Below are positions 1-12,590 of a DNA stretch of 59,066 nucleotides, one piece after another. The position numbers and the translations under genes are program-made. Positions within the stretch are counted from its first letter, which is position 1, and every line of letters starts with the position of its first letter. Below the pieces are notes generated by a model. It was not told the DNA's origin. It searched no databases and was given only the letters and a program-made list of their open reading frames with translations. Source of the stretch: an uncultured Mycobacteriaceae bacterium (GTDB lineage Bacteria; Actinomycetota; Actinomycetes; Mycobacteriales; Mycobacteriaceae); the NCBI GenBank assembly GCA_964507655.1, contig CAZDSL010000001.1:1-59066 (forward strand). The letters run 5' to 3'.

Positions 1-361
1 CTACGACGGCGCCGTGTTCCACCGCGTCATCGACGGCTTCATGATCCAGGGCGGCTGCCCCCGCGGCGACGGCCGCGGCGGCCCGGGCTACACCTTCGCC
101 GACGAGTTCCACCCCGAACTGCAGTTCAACCGCCCCTACCTGCTGGCCATGGCCAACGCCGGCCCGGGCACCAACGGCTCGCAGTTCTTCATCACCGTGG
201 GCAAGACGCCGCACCTGAACAACCGCCACACCATTTTCGGCGAGGTCGTCGACAAGGACTCGCAGGCCGTGGTCGACGCGATCGCCACCGTCGCCACCGA
301 CCGCATGGACCGGCCGCAGGACGACGTCGTCATCAACTCGATCACCGTCGAGCAGGGCTGA
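1..361 (+). CDS. ppiA: Cyclophilin-type peptidyl-prolyl cis-trans isomerase (5' end outside window)
   Basis: [13 protein letters not shown] and [18 protein letters not shown] cyclophilin motifs; frame open from the window start; synteny with crgA/pknB block. Confidence 0.95.
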   Translation, partial: YDGAVFHRVIDGFMIQGGCPRGDGRGGPGYTFADEFHPELQFNRPYLLAMANAGPGTNGSQFFITVGKTPHLNNRHTIFGEVVDKDSQAVVDAIATVATDRMDRPQDDVVINSITVEQG

Positions 362-364
362 CGT

Positions 365-1327
365 ATGAGCACTCCCGGCAGGGGAGAGACGCACCAGCCC
401 CTGCCGGGGTGCTACCGGCATCCGGACCGGCCGACGGGGCTGCGCTGCTCCCGGTGCGGCCGGCCCGCATGCCACGAGTGCCTGCGGCAGGCGCCGGTCG
501 GCTTCCACTGCGTCGAATGCGTCGACCAGGAACGCCGCGGCGCCTCCGCGCGCATCCCGACGGCCTCGGGCGGGGCCGGTCCGCTCGCGGGAGTGCGCTC
601 CGCGCTGTCCGAGCGGCCCTCGGTGACCTACGTGCTCATCGCGCTCAACGTGCTCGCCTATCTGATCACCGCGGTCCAGGCGGGCAGCATCCTCGACAAC
701 AACCGCGGGTCCGCATTCTACGAACGCTTCGCCCTGGTGCCCGGGCTGGTCGCCAACGACGAATGGTGGCGGCTGTTGGGCAGCGGATTCCTGCACTTCG
801 GCATCCTGCACCTGGCCGTCAACATGTACGCGCTCTACGTGGTGGGCATGGCGTGCGAGAACGCGCTGGGCAAGCTGCGCTACTCGCTGGTGTACGCGGT
901 GTCGCTGCTCGGCGGCTCGGCGGCCGTGATGTTCGGCGCCTGGAACGGGCAGACGGCCGGCGCCTCCGGGGCGATATTCGGCCTGTTCGGTGCGGTGCTC
1001 ATCATCCTGCTGCGCCTGCGCCGCAACCCCAACATGATGATCGCCGTCATCGTCATCAACGCGATCATCTCCTTCTCGGTGCCCGGCATCTCGTGGTCGG
1101 GCCACCTCGGCGGCTTCGTGGCGGGCACCATCGCCACGGCCGCCATCGTCTACGCCCCCGAGGCGCTGCGCGCCGTGGGCGTGCGGCAGCCGCAGCGGCG
1201 CGTCGTCTTCGGCGTGGGCTTCGGCGCGCTGGCGGTGCTGTTCGTGCTCGAGCTCGCGCTGATCGCCCTGCGCATCGCCGAACTCCGCGACCAGTACGGG
1301 CCGTACCTGTCGCATCTGCGCTTCTGA
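365..1327 (+). CDS. Rhomboid intramembrane serine protease with N-terminal B-box-like zinc finger
   Basis: CYRHP..CSRC..CHEC..CVEC Zn motif, WWRL, HLAVNM, GASG catalytic Ser, GHLGG catalytic His. Confidence 0.92.
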   Translation: MSTPGRGETHQPLPGCYRHPDRPTGLRCSRCGRPACHECLRQAPVGFHCVECVDQERRGASARIPTASGGAGPLAGVRSALSERPSVTYVLIALNVLAYLITAVQAGSILDNNRGSAFYERFALVPGLVANDEWWRLLGSGFLHFGILHLAVNMYALYVVGMACENALGKLRYSLVYAVSLLGGSAAVMFGAWNGQTAGASGAIFGLFGAVLIILLRLRRNPNMMIAVIVINAIISFSVPGISWSGHLGGFVAGTIATAAIVYAPEALRAVGVRQPQRRVVFGVGFGALAVLFVLELALIALRIAELRDQYGPYLSHLRF

Positions 1328-1443
1328 GGACGCCGGGCCGCGCGCCGTCCTGCGCGCCGGTGCGGGCACCACCGGCGTGGCAACGGCCGGGCGGGGCGCG
1401 TTCGCCGCGTGCCCGCGGGCGCGTCGCGGGGTCGTTCCCGGCG

Positions 1444-1520
1444 TCGTCCACAGGAGAACCCGCTCCGTCCACAAGTTCTCCACAGGGCTATCCCCAGGTG
1501 TGGAGAAGTTACACCGGTGT
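1444..1520. promoter_or_regulatory. DnaA-box cluster 1 (five 9-mer boxes)
   Basis: TCGTCCACA 1444, CCGTCCACA 1465, TTCTCCACA 1476, CTATCCCCA 1488, reverse TGTGGAGAA 1499; resemble the TT(A/G)TCCACA consensus. Confidence 0.7.
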
Positions 1521-1543
1521 CGTTCGAGCGGGGCGGCGGGCGC

Positions 1544-2017
1544 TCAGAGGCCGGTGGGCTCGGGCGGCACGGCGCGCGCCTCCACCAGCGCCGCATAGAC
1601 CGAGTCGGGGCTGGCGCCCAGGTCCCAGCGCGAGAGCAGCAGCAGCCGCTCCTGGGGCCGGCGCGCATCGATCTCGAGGATCGGCACCCGGCGGGCCAGC
1701 CGCGGGTAGCGCACCACGCGCACCCGGTAGAGCTGATCGAGCCGGTATTCCTGCCTGGTCAACGGCGTGCGCACCGCCAGCCGCGGAGCATCCGGGCCGG
1801 CGGCGGGCAGCACCTCCAGCCGGGGCCGGACGAGGCCGCCGTAGGCGGCGATGCCGACGAGCAGCACGGCCGCGATGCCCAGCAGCACCCGGCCGATGAT
1901 GTCGTCGGAGTACGAGGCCGAGCCGAGCGCCATCACCACGGCGCCCACGGCGGCCACGACGACCGTCGCCCACTTGGGCGCCCACGAGAGGCGCGGTGCG
2001 GCAGCGGGATCGGTCAT
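1544..2017 (-). CDS. PH domain-containing membrane protein (Rv0010c-like)
   Basis: Two TM helices then RPRL...LEID...LLLSRWDLGASP; position immediately downstream of crgA; start set at ATG 2017. Confidence 0.8.
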   Translation of the reverse strand: MTDPAAAPRLSWAPKWATVVVAAVGAVVMALGSASYSDDIIGRVLLGIAAVLLVGIAAYGGLVRPRLEVLPAAGPDAPRLAVRTPLTRQEYRLDQLYRVRVVRYPRLARRVPILEIDARRPQERLLLLSRWDLGASPDSVYAALVEARAVPPEPTGL

Positions 2018-2026
2018 CGGCGCGTC

Positions 2027-2085
2027 CTGTCCACAGGAGTTGTTCACAACGGCTTTCCACAAGTGTGGAGAACTTACAACGGTGT
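2027..2085. promoter_or_regulatory. DnaA-box cluster 2 (four boxes) between the PH-protein gene and crgA
   Basis: CTGTCCACA 2027, TTGTTCACA 2040, CTTTCCACA 2053, reverse TGTGGAGAA 2064. Confidence 0.72.
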
Positions 2086-2144
2086 GATCCCGCCCGTGGC
2101 GCGGCCGGCGTGCGGGCCGCGGACGCCGGGAACGTGTGCCGCGG

Positions 2145-2417
2145 CTAGCGCCAGCCCATCGTCATCACGAGGCCCACGACCATGAATCCGAAGCCGATGA
2201 GGTAGTTCCACGCGCCCAGGTCGGCCATCCACTGCAGCCAGGAGGCGGAGCCGGACAGGTACATGAACACCAGCCACAGCAGGCCGATGATCATCAGCCC
2301 CAGCATCACCGACACGTAGAGGGTGCTGGACGGCCCGCCCGAGACCTTGACGGGCGTGCGGTTGGCGGGGGTCGCCTCGGCGCCACCCTTCTTCTTGCGT
2401 ACCTTCGACTTGGGCAT
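2145..2417 (-). CDS. crgA: Cell division protein CrgA
   Basis: MPKSKVRKKK N-terminus, two TM helices, LGAWNYLIGFG...MTMGWR. Confidence 0.95.
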   Translation of the reverse strand: MPKSKVRKKKGGAEATPANRTPVKVSGGPSSTLYVSVMLGLMIIGLLWLVFMYLSGSASWLQWMADLGAWNYLIGFGFMVVGLVMTMGWR

Positions 2418-2520
2418 CGGTCCTCACTTGCCTGCGTTCTGCGGGGGACTGTCGGTGCCGGGCGGGCCCGCCGGCCGGCCACCGTGCGGTATCCGGCACC
2501 GGTGCTTACACGCTAACCTA

Positions 2521-3339
2521 GTGGCAGGGCAGGCCGCATCGACGGCAGGGACCGGCCGGACGGAGGCCGCCATCGACACGGAACCCGGCAGCGGGGGCGC
2601 CAGCGGCGCGCGCCGCCGCGCGTGGTGGTGGGGCGTGCCGTTGATCTGCCTGGTCATGGGCCTGCTCATCGCCCTCACGTACACCAGCTCGCACGGCCGC
2701 GAGCTGCGCACGGCCGACTCGGCCCGCCTCTCCGATCTGGTGCGCCAGGCGCGTGACGACGCCGACGCCGCCCTCGCGCGACGCGACGGCCTGCAGGCCC
2801 GGCTGGACGCCCAGCAGCACAAGGCGGCCACGGGCGACGCCGGGGTGCAGGCGCTGCTCTCGCAGACGCAGCAGCTGGCCGGCGAGGCGCACCTGGAGGC
2901 GGTGACCGGCCCGGGCCTCACCGTGACGCTCACCGACGCGCACCGCGACGCCGCGGGCGAGTATCCGCAGGGCGCCCGGCCCGACGATCTCGTGGTGCAT
3001 CAGCAGGACGTGCAGTCGGTGCTCAACGCGCTGTGGGCCGGCGGCGCGGAGGCGATGCAGATGCAGGACCAGCGCATCACGATGGTGTCGGCCCCGCTGT
3101 GCATCGGCAACACGCTGCTGCTCGAGGGACGCACCTACAGCCCGCCCTACGTGATCCGCGCGGTGGGCCCGGTGGACGCGATGCGCAGCGCGCTCGACGC
3201 CGAGCGCGGCGTGCAGATCTACAAGCAGTACGCCGACCGCTACGGCCTGGGCTACAAGGTGGCCGAGTCCGATTCGCTGGACATCCCCGCGGCGGCGACG
3301 ACCCCGCCGCTGCAGTACGCCCGCCCGCTCGGCGGCTGA
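2521..3339 (+). CDS. DUF881 family protein (Rv0012-like)
   Basis: GPGLTVTLTDA, LVVHQQD, LNALWAGGAEAM, SPPYVIRAVG motifs; start (GTG 2521) uncertain. Confidence 0.85.
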   Translation: MAGQAASTAGTGRTEAAIDTEPGSGGASGARRRAWWWGVPLICLVMGLLIALTYTSSHGRELRTADSARLSDLVRQARDDADAALARRDGLQARLDAQQHKAATGDAGVQALLSQTQQLAGEAHLEAVTGPGLTVTLTDAHRDAAGEYPQGARPDDLVVHQQDVQSVLNALWAGGAEAMQMQDQRITMVSAPLCIGNTLLLEGRTYSPPYVIRAVGPVDAMRSALDAERGVQIYKQYADRYGLGYKVAESDSLDIPAAATTPPLQYARPLGG

Positions 3340-3390
3340 GCGCCGGGCGCCTACCAGGGCCGATCCGGCCGCGGCGGGTATCCTCGGCGC

Positions 3391-4041
3391 ATGCGGATCC
3401 TCGTCATCGACAACTACGACAGCTTCGTGTTCAACCTGGTGCAGTACCTGGGCCAGTTGGGTGCGGAGGTCGAGGTGTGGCGCAACGACGACGACCGCCT
3501 CGCCGACCTGGACTCCGCGCTCGCCGGATTCGCCGGCGTGCTGGTGAGCCCGGGCCCCGGCACCCCGCAGCGGGCCGGCCGCTCGATGGACATCGTCCGG
3601 CGCTGCGGCGAGCTGCGGCTGCCGCTGTTGGGCGTGTGCCTGGGCCACCAGGCCATCGGCGCGGTGTACGGCGCCACGGTCACCCGCGCTCCCGAGCTGC
3701 TGCACGGCAAGACGAGCTCCGTCGCGCACGAGGCGGCCGGCGTGCTCAGCGAGGTGCCCAGCCCCTTCATCGCTACCCGCTACCACTCGCTCACGCTCGA
3801 CCCGGCCACGATCCCGCCTGAGCTGCAGGTGACGGCGCGCACCGCGTCGGGCGTGGTGATGGCCGTGCGCCACCGCGCGCTGCCCATCGACGGCGTGCAG
3901 TTCCATCCCGAGTCGGTGCTGTCCGAGGGCGGCCACCGGATGCTGGCCACGTGGCTGCGCGGCTGCGGCATCGACGTGCCCGCCGGCCTGGTCGACAGCC
4001 TCGAGGCGGAGGTCGCCGCCACCGCCGCGGGCGCGCGCTAG
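3391..4041 (+). CDS. trpG: Aminodeoxychorismate/anthranilate synthase glutamine amidotransferase component II (PabA/TrpG)
   Basis: IDNYDSF, SPGPG, GVCLGHQ, RYHSL, QFHPES class I GATase motifs. Confidence 0.93.
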   Translation: MRILVIDNYDSFVFNLVQYLGQLGAEVEVWRNDDDRLADLDSALAGFAGVLVSPGPGTPQRAGRSMDIVRRCGELRLPLLGVCLGHQAIGAVYGATVTRAPELLHGKTSSVAHEAAGVLSEVPSPFIATRYHSLTLDPATIPPELQVTARTASGVVMAVRHRALPIDGVQFHPESVLSEGGHRMLATWLRGCGIDVPAGLVDSLEAEVAATAAGAR

Positions 4042-4069
4042 GACCGCGGCGGGCGCGCGCTAGGACCGC
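4027..4069 (+). repeat. 22-bp-period tandem duplication spanning the trpG stop codon
   Basis: GCGGGCGCGCGCTAGGACCGC at 4027-4047 and 4049-4069. Confidence 0.8.
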
Positions 4070-4117
4070 CGCGCCGGCGGCCCGGTCAGGCAGTGCGCCG
4101 GGCAGGCCAGGGCGGCG

Positions 4118-6015
<1,898 letters not shown>

Positions 6016-6019
<4 letters not shown>

Positions 6020-7464
6020 CGTGTCAGTTCCCGGGTGTACGCCGAGATGCGCCCGGCAGTGCTGGTGGTGTGTGCGGCGGCGCCGTGGCGGGCCGTGGTG
6101 GCGCGCGTGGGGCCGGTGGTGGCCCCGCCGTTCTCGTCGTCGTCGGAGTTCGACGCGCCCTCGTCCTGGCCGCCGGTGGTGCGCGTGGCGCCCGCGGTGG
6201 TGGTGGGGCTGGTCGTGGTGGTCCGCGGCGGGGTGGTCGTGGTGGTGGGCGCCTGCGTGGTGGTGGTGGGCGCCTCGGTGGTGGTGGGCGGCCGCGTGGT
6301 CGTGGTGGGCGGCCGCGTGGTGGTGGTCGCGGGGGCGCGCGTGGTGGTGGGCGCCTGCGTGGTGGTGACGGGTGCCGGTGTGGCGTCGTCGCCGCCCCCG
6401 CCCAGCGCGTCGGCGAACAGGATGCCGCCGGTGATCATCGCCGCGGCCAGCAGCACCAGCGCCGCCGCCCACGCGATGGCCTTCTGCCCGGTGGACCACT
6501 TGCCGCGCTCGGCGGCCGCGGCCGCGGGCACGGCGGTGGGCGCCGCGGTGGCGGGACCGCCCACGCGGGTGGGCGGCATGACGCTGGTGGCCGGCGCGGC
6601 CCCGGTGGCGCCGACGGGCGGCGGAGGCCGGTGGCCGGCGCGCACGGCCGCGACGGCGCTCGCGAACTCGCCGCCGTCGTGGTAGCGCTGGGCCGGATCC
6701 TTGGTGAGCGTGATGGCGATGAGCTCGCGCACGGGCGCGGGCACCGTCTCGGGCAGCGGCGGCGGGGCCTCGCTGATCTGCTTCTGCGCGATCGCCACCG
6801 TCGAGTCGGCCTGGAACGGCCGCGCGCCGGTGAGTGTCTCGTAGCCGATGATGCCCAGCGCGTACACGTCGGAGGCGGCGGTGGCCTCCTGGCCCAGCGC
6901 CTGCTCGGGCGCGATGTACTGCACGGTGCCCATCACCATGCCGGTGCGGGTGACCGGCGCCGCGCCGAGCGCCTTGGCGATGCCGAAGTCGGTGATCTTC
7001 ACCTGGCCGGCGGGCGTGATGAGGATGTTGCCGGGCTTGACGTCGCGGTGCACCAGGCCCACCCGGTGCGCCGCCTGCAGCGCGTGCCCGCACTGCTCGA
7101 GCATGTCGAGCACCAGCTCCACGGGGACGGTGCCCATGCGGCGGATGACGGCGTTGAGCGGCTCGCCGCGCACCAGCTCCATCACCAGGTACGGGATGGA
7201 CGAGCCCTGCGGGTCGGTGGTCTCGCCGTAGTCGAACACGCCCGCGATGCCCGGGTGGTTGAGGCGGGCGGTGGTGCGGGCCTCGGCGCGGAACCGCTCG
7301 ATAAACTCGGGATCGTCAGAGTACTCGGGCTTGAGGATCTTGACGGCCACCTCGCGGTCGAGGCGCAGGTCGACGGCCTCCCACACGGCGCCCATGCCCC
7401 CGGTGGCGATGTGCCGCTGGAGCCGGTAGCGCTCGGCGATGATCGCCCCGCTCTGCAATGCCAT
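6016..7464 (-). CDS. pknA: Ser/Thr protein kinase PknA
   Basis: [26 protein letters not shown] helix, Thr/Pro-rich extracellular tail; synteny. Confidence 0.94.
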
Positions 7465-7465
7465 G

Positions 7466-8956
7466 TCAGCGCCCCTCCTGCACCGCTGCCTGGATGACCG
7501 CGCGCCCGATGGGCGAGGCGATCTTGCCGCCCGTCGCCGCGAGGCCCTCGTCGCCGCCGTCCTCCACGATGACCGCGACGGCGATCACCGGGTCCTGGGC
7601 GGGCGCGAACGCGATGTACCAGCCGTGCGGGGGCGTCTGCTTGGGCGTGGCGCCGTGCTCGGCCGTGCCCGTCTTGGACGCGATCTGCACCCCGGGGACG
7701 CTGCCGGCGCCGGTGGTGTCCTGCTCGGAGGCGATCATCATCTGCGTGAGGGTCTTGGCGACCTCCGGCGGGATGGCCTGCCCCGGGGAGGTGGGCGACG
7801 TGGTGGACAGCGGTTTCAGATCGGGACCCTCCAGCTTTTGCACGAGATACGGCTGCATGCGCACCCCGCCGTTGGCGACTGTAGCCGCGATGACGGCGTT
7901 CTGCAGGGGCGTGACGGCCACGTCACGTTGCCCGATGCTCGACTGCCCCAGGGCGGCGGCGTCGGGGATGCTGCCGAGGGTGGAGTCGGCCACCTGCAGC
8001 GGGATCGAGGGCGTGTCGGGGCCGATGCCGAACGCCTTCGCCGTCTGCTGCAGCGCGGAGGTGCCGTACTCGATGCCCAGCTGCGCGAAGGCCGCGTTGC
8101 ACGAGCGCGCGAACGCCTCGATCATCGACACCGTCTGGCCGGAGCCGCACGGTTCGTCGCCGTAGTTGTGCAGCACCGTGTCGGTGCCCGGCAGGGTGAG
8201 GCCCGCCGCGGCGGTGAGCTGCTTGTCGACGGTGGCGCCGTGCTCGAGCGCCGTCGCCGAGGTGAGCACCTTGAAGGTGGACCCGGGCGGGTAGGTCTGC
8301 GAGATCGCCCGGTTGAGCATGGGTTCGCGCGGGTCGGACTGCAGCTTCTGCCATGCTGCGGTGACGGCGTCGCCGTCGTGCCCCGAGAGGGTGTTGGGGT
8401 CGTAGCTGGGGGTGCTCACCATCGCCAGGATCGCGCCGGTGCGCGGGTCGAGCGCCACCACCGAGCCGGTGTAGTCCTTGGCGGTGAGGTTGTCGTAGGC
8501 CACCTGCTGCAGCAGCGGGTCGATGGTGGTGACGACGTTGCCGCCGCGCGGGTTGCGGCCCGAGACCAGGTCGAACAGCCGGCGGCCGAAGAGCCGGTCG
8601 TCGGAGCCGTTGAGCACCTGGTCCTCGGTCTTCTCCAGCCCGGTGCTCGCGTAGTTCATCGAGTAGAAGCCGGTGACGGGGGCGTTGGCGAGGGGGCTCG
8701 ACGGCGCGGTGGGCGCCGCCGGGTACACGCGCAGGAACTTGAAGCGGTCGTCCGACTCCACCGAGGCGGCCAGCACCTGCCCGCCCGCCGAGATCTGCCC
8801 GCGCTGGCGGGAGTATTCGTCGACGAGCACGCGCTGGTTGCGCGGGTCGGCGCGCAGCTCGCCGGCCTTGAACACCTGCAGGTAGGTGATGCCGGCGAGG
8901 AGGATCAGGACCATCGCCATCACGAGCATGGCGATGCGGCGCATCGGTGTGTTCAC
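7466..8956 (-). CDS. pbpA: Class B penicillin-binding protein PbpA
   Basis: Start VNTPMRR (GTG 8956); STFK, SCN, KTG transpeptidase motifs. Confidence 0.94.
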   Translation of the reverse strand: MNTPMRRIAMLVMAMVLILLAGITYLQVFKAGELRADPRNQRVLVDEYSRQRGQISAGGQVLAASVESDDRFKFLRVYPAAPTAPSSPLANAPVTGFYSMNYASTGLEKTEDQVLNGSDDRLFGRRLFDLVSGRNPRGGNVVTTIDPLLQQVAYDNLTAKDYTGSVVALDPRTGAILAMVSTPSYDPNTLSGHDGDAVTAAWQKLQSDPREPMLNRAISQTYPPGSTFKVLTSATALEHGATVDKQLTAAAGLTLPGTDTVLHNYGDEPCGSGQTVSMIEAFARSCNAAFAQLGIEYGTSALQQTAKAFGIGPDTPSIPLQVADSTLGSIPDAAALGQSSIGQRDVAVTPLQNAVIAATVANGGVRMQPYLVQKLEGPDLKPLSTTSPTSPGQAIPPEVAKTLTQMMIASEQDTTGAGSVPGVQIASKTGTAEHGATPKQTPPHGWYIAFAPAQDPVIAVAVIVEDGGDEGLAATGGKIASPIGRAVIQAAVQEGR

Positions 8957-10416
8957 GTCACCCTCCTCACCAGCTCGGTGGGGGCGTCGCCGGGCGGCGT
9001 GGCGGTGCGCCGAGCCGCCGGTTCGGGCGGACGGCGGGCCTCGTCGGAGATGCGGAACAGCACGGCCAGAAGGATGTAGTTGGCCAGCAGCGACGAGCCG
9101 CCGTACGACATGAACGGCGTGGTCAGGCCCGTGAGCGGGATGAGCTTGGTGACGCCGCCGACCACCACGAACAGCTGGAACGCCAGCGTGAACGACAGGC
9201 CCGCCGCCAGCAGCTTGCCGAAGCTGTCGCGCACCGCGAGTGCCGTGCGCAGCCCGCGCACCACCAGCACGGCGAAGAGCATCAGCACGGCGGCCATGCC
9301 GATCAGGCCCAGCTCCTCGCCCACGGTGGCCATGATGAAGTCGGTCTTGGCGAACGGGACGGTGTTCGGCTGCCCGCTGCCCAGGCCGGTGCCGGCCAGG
9401 CCGCCGGTGGCGAAGCCGAACAGCGCCTGCGATATCTGGTAGCCGCTGGTGTTGTAGGTGGCGAACGGGTCGAGCCACACGTCGACGCGCTCGCGGAAGT
9501 GGCCGAACAGGAAGTACGCGGCCACCGCGGCCAGCAGGAACAGGCCGACGCCGATGAGCAGCCAGCTGACCCTGTCGGTGGCGATGTAGATCATCACCAG
9601 GATCGTGCCGAAGATGAGCAGCGCGAAGCCCAGGTCCTTGTTGAGTACGGCGATGCCGATCGCCAGCACCACCGCCACGAGCAGCGGGGCGAGGTCGCGG
9701 GCGCGCGGCACATCGAGGCCGAACACGTGCCTGCCGGCGGTGGTGAACAGGTCGCGCTTGGACACCAGGAACGCGGCCGCGAACACGATGATGAGGATCT
9801 TGGCGAACTCGCCCGGCTGGATGGAGAAGCCGGCGAAGCGGATCCAGTTGCGGCCGCCGTTGACCTGGCTGAACCGGGCCGGCAGCAGCGCGGGGATGAT
9901 GAGCAGCACGATGCCGATGAGGCCCAGCGTGTAGCTGTAGCTGGACAGCACGCGGTGATCGCGCAGGAAGTACAGCACCAGCGCGAAGCACACCAGCGCG
10001 ATGGCCAGCCAGATGAGCTGCTGGTTGGCGTCGGAGCCCGGGGCGGGGTTGCCCAGGAACGCCTGCGTCTGCTCGTCGGCGAGGTCGAGCCGGTGGATGA
10101 GCACCAGCCCCAGCCCGTTGAGCAGGGCGACGATGGGCAGCATCACCGGGTCGGCGTACGGCGCGAAGCGGCGGATCGCCAGGTGCGCCAGCACCATGAG
10201 CACCGTGTACGCCGCGGCGTACTTGGCGAGCTCCCAGGTGATGTGCTGCTCCATGGCGACCTCGACGATCACCAGCGCCGCGAACACCACGACCACGGCG
10301 AACAGCGTGAGCCACAGCTCGGCCTGCCGCCCGCTCTTGGTCTGCGGCGGCGGTGCGAAGCCTCCCGGGGGGCTGTGGAAGGCGGTGTCCTCGGGGGAGG
10401 GGGTGGCGGTGCTCAT
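8953..10416 (-). CDS. rodA: SEDS family peptidoglycan glycosyltransferase RodA
   Basis: [29 protein letters not shown]; multi-TM; synteny. Confidence 0.95.
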   Translation of the reverse strand: MSTATPSPEDTAFHSPPGGFAPPPQTKSGRQAELWLTLFAVVVVFAALVIVEVAMEQHITWELAKYAAAYTVLMVLAHLAIRRFAPYADPVMLPIVALLNGLGLVLIHRLDLADEQTQAFLGNPAPGSDANQQLIWLAIALVCFALVLYFLRDHRVLSSYSYTLGLIGIVLLIIPALLPARFSQVNGGRNWIRFAGFSIQPGEFAKILIIVFAAAFLVSKRDLFTTAGRHVFGLDVPRARDLAPLLVAVVLAIGIAVLNKDLGFALLIFGTILVMIYIATDRVSWLLIGVGLFLLAAVAAYFLFGHFRERVDVWLDPFATYNTSGYQISQALFGFATGGLAGTGLGSGQPNTVPFAKTDFIMATVGEELGLIGMAAVLMLFAVLVVRGLRTALAVRDSFGKLLAAGLSFTLAFQLFVVVGGVTKLIPLTGLTTPFMSYGGSSLLANYILLAVLFRISDEARRPPEPAARRTATPPGDAPTELVRRVT

Positions 10417-11900
10417 CAGGCGCCCACCCGGCAGTTCTGCCCCGGGAGCTGGCCGGGTGCGAGGCCGGCCGGCCCGGTGGGCGTGGTGGGCGCGGGCTGC
10501 TCGGTGGTGGTCTCCGCGGGTGCCGGCACCGTGGTGGGTGCGGGCTGCTCGGTGGTGGGGGCGGGTGCCTCGCCGGGCGCCGGCGCCGCGGGGGTGTCGC
10601 CGGGTGCGGGGTTCTCGCCGGCGGCGGGCTCATCGGCCGTGCGGCACAGCGGCAGCAGCTCGCTGCGCACCAGCTGGCCCATCTGCTGCTGTGCGTCGTC
10701 GAGGCTGCCGCCGGGCAGACCCGAGCGCACCTGCTCACGGGCCGAGGGCTGCAGGTCGTCCACGGCGAGCAGCGTGCAGTCGGCGGGGTGCGCGTCGGCC
10801 GAGACCAGCTGCAGCGTGCCCGCGCCGTCGACGCAGCCCACCTGCTGCACGCTCTGCAGCGACATGCCCAGGAACGAGCCGGGCACCCCGCGGTGCACGG
10901 CCACCAGGCCCTCCGACTCGCCCACGTAGTAGCTGCTGCGGATCCACATCACCGCCACCGTGACGCCGATGCCCGCGAGCACCACCACCAGCGCGGCGGC
11001 CAGCCAGATGCGGCCCCACCGGCGGCGCTTCGGCGCGGGCGGGGGCTCCTTGGCCAGCACCCGGCGCGGCTTGGCGGCGGGCGGGCGTATGGCGGCGGCG
11101 CGGCCGGCCGCCGTGTCGGGCGGCGGCGCGTCGTCCTCCTCGTCGGAGGCGGCCCCCGCGACGATGGGGCGCGACTGGCCGTAGTCGAGGTCGATGACGT
11201 CGGCGACGACGACGGTGATGTTGTCGGGCCCGCCGCTGCGCAGCGCCAGCTCGATGAGGCGGTCGGCGCACTCGCGCTGGTCGCCCTGGCGCAGCGTGTC
11301 GGCGATGGTCTCGGTGCTCACCACGTCGGAGAGGCCGTCGGAGCACAGCAGGTAGCGGTCGCCCGCGCGGGACTCGCGCATGGTGAGCGTGGGCTCGATG
11401 TCGTTGCCGGTGAGCGCGCGCATGATCATCGAGCGCTGCGGGTGCGTCTTGGCCTGCTCGGCGGTGATGCGGCCCTGATCCACCAGGGACTGGACGAAGG
11501 TGTCGTCGCGGGTGATCTGGGTGAGCTCGTCGTCGCGCAGCAGGTAGGCGCGCGAATCGCCGATGTGCACCAGGCCCAGCCGGCTGCCCGCGAACAGGAT
11601 GGCGGTGAGCGTGGTGCCCATGCCCTCGAGCTCGGGCTCCTCCTCGACGTGGTCGGCGATCGACTCGTTGCCGGCGCGGGTGGCGGCCTCGAGCTTGCCG
11701 AGCAGGTCACCGCCCGGGTCGTCGTCGTCGAGGGGGGCGAGCGCGGCGATCATCAACTGCGAGGCCACCTCGCCCGCGGCGTGCCCGCCCATGCCGTCGG
11801 CCAGGGCCAGCAGCCGCGCCCCGGCGTAGACGGAGTCCTCGTTGTTGCCGCGCACGAGGCCGCGATCGCTGCGCGCGGCGTACCTGAGCACGAGGGTCAC
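10416..11900 (-). CDS. pstP: PP2C-family Ser/Thr phosphatase PstP
   Basis: Start [12 protein letters not shown] (GTG 11900); NNED, ADGMGGH, HIGDSR, CSDGL, GGPDN; TM helix. Confidence 0.95.
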   Translation of the reverse strand: MTLVLRYAARSDRGLVRGNNEDSVYAGARLLALADGMGGHAAGEVASQLMIAALAPLDDDDPGGDLLGKLEAATRAGNESIADHVEEEPELEGMGTTLTAILFAGSRLGLVHIGDSRAYLLRDDELTQITRDDTFVQSLVDQGRITAEQAKTHPQRSMIMRALTGNDIEPTLTMRESRAGDRYLLCSDGLSDVVSTETIADTLRQGDQRECADRLIELALRSGGPDNITVVVADVIDLDYGQSRPIVAGAASDEEDDAPPPDTAAGRAAAIRPPAAKPRRVLAKEPPPAPKRRRWGRIWLAAALVVVLAGIGVTVAVMWIRSSYYVGESEGLVAVHRGVPGSFLGMSLQSVQQVGCVDGAGTLQLVSADAHPADCTLLAVDDLQPSAREQVRSGLPGGSLDDAQQQMGQLVRSELLPLCRTADEPAAGENPAPGDTPAAPAPGEAPAPTTEQPAPTTVPAPAETTTEQPAPTTPTGPAGLAPGQLPGQNCRVGA

Positions 11901-12361
11901 GGGCGCAACTCGATCACGGTCTTGCCGATGCGCACGGGTGTGCCTAACGGGACGGGCGTGGCGGTGGTGACCTTGACGCGGTCGAGATAGGTGCCGTTGG
12001 TGGAGCCGAGATCCTCCACGTACCACTCGGCGCCGCGGGGCGACAGGCGCGCGTGCCGGGCGGAGGAGTAGTCGTCGGTGAGCACCAGCGTGGAATCGTC
12101 GGCGCGGCCGATGAGCACCGGCTGCGTGCCCAGCGTGATGCGGGTGCCGGCCAGCGGGCCCTGCGTGACCACGAGGTGCTTGGCCACCTTGGCGCGCCGC
12201 CCGCTGATGCGCGCCGGCTTGACCGGGTAGCGGGCGGTGGAGAAGCGCGACCCGGACGCGGCGTAGACGTCGGTGCGCAGCACCCGCAGCACCGCCCACA
12301 CGAACAGCCACACGAGCAGGAGGAACCCGCCGCGCGTGAGCTGCAGCACGAGAGCCTGCAC
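11897..12361 (-). CDS. fhaB: FHA domain protein FhaB/FipA
   Basis: Start VQALVLQLTR after AGGAGG; IGR, SARHA, DLGSTNGT FHA motifs. Confidence 0.92.
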   Translation of the reverse strand: MQALVLQLTRGGFLLLVWLFVWAVLRVLRTDVYAASGSRFSTARYPVKPARISGRRAKVAKHLVVTQGPLAGTRITLGTQPVLIGRADDSTLVLTDDYSSARHARLSPRGAEWYVEDLGSTNGTYLDRVKVTTATPVPLGTPVRIGKTVIELRP

Positions 12362-12590
12362 GGTCACCTCCTGGGGCGGGCCGGGCGCGGGGCGCCCGGA
12401 CGGACGGACTGGGGGCAGCGGTGTGCGACGGTGCCGGCCGGCGGGCCGGGGCCCGAGGGCGCGGCCCGCGCCGCACGGCCCCCGCCGCACACATGCGCTA
12501 TCGAATGATCATCGTACTTGTGCGTAGCGGCATCCCGCCCGGCTCGCCGCCGCGCGGCGCGCCATCAGCACCGATCCCCCGGCGATGTGA

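Noticed and set aside
6170-6370. GTGGTG-rich repeats
   Set aside because: Coding Thr/Pro-rich tail of PknA, not CRISPR or a standalone repeat
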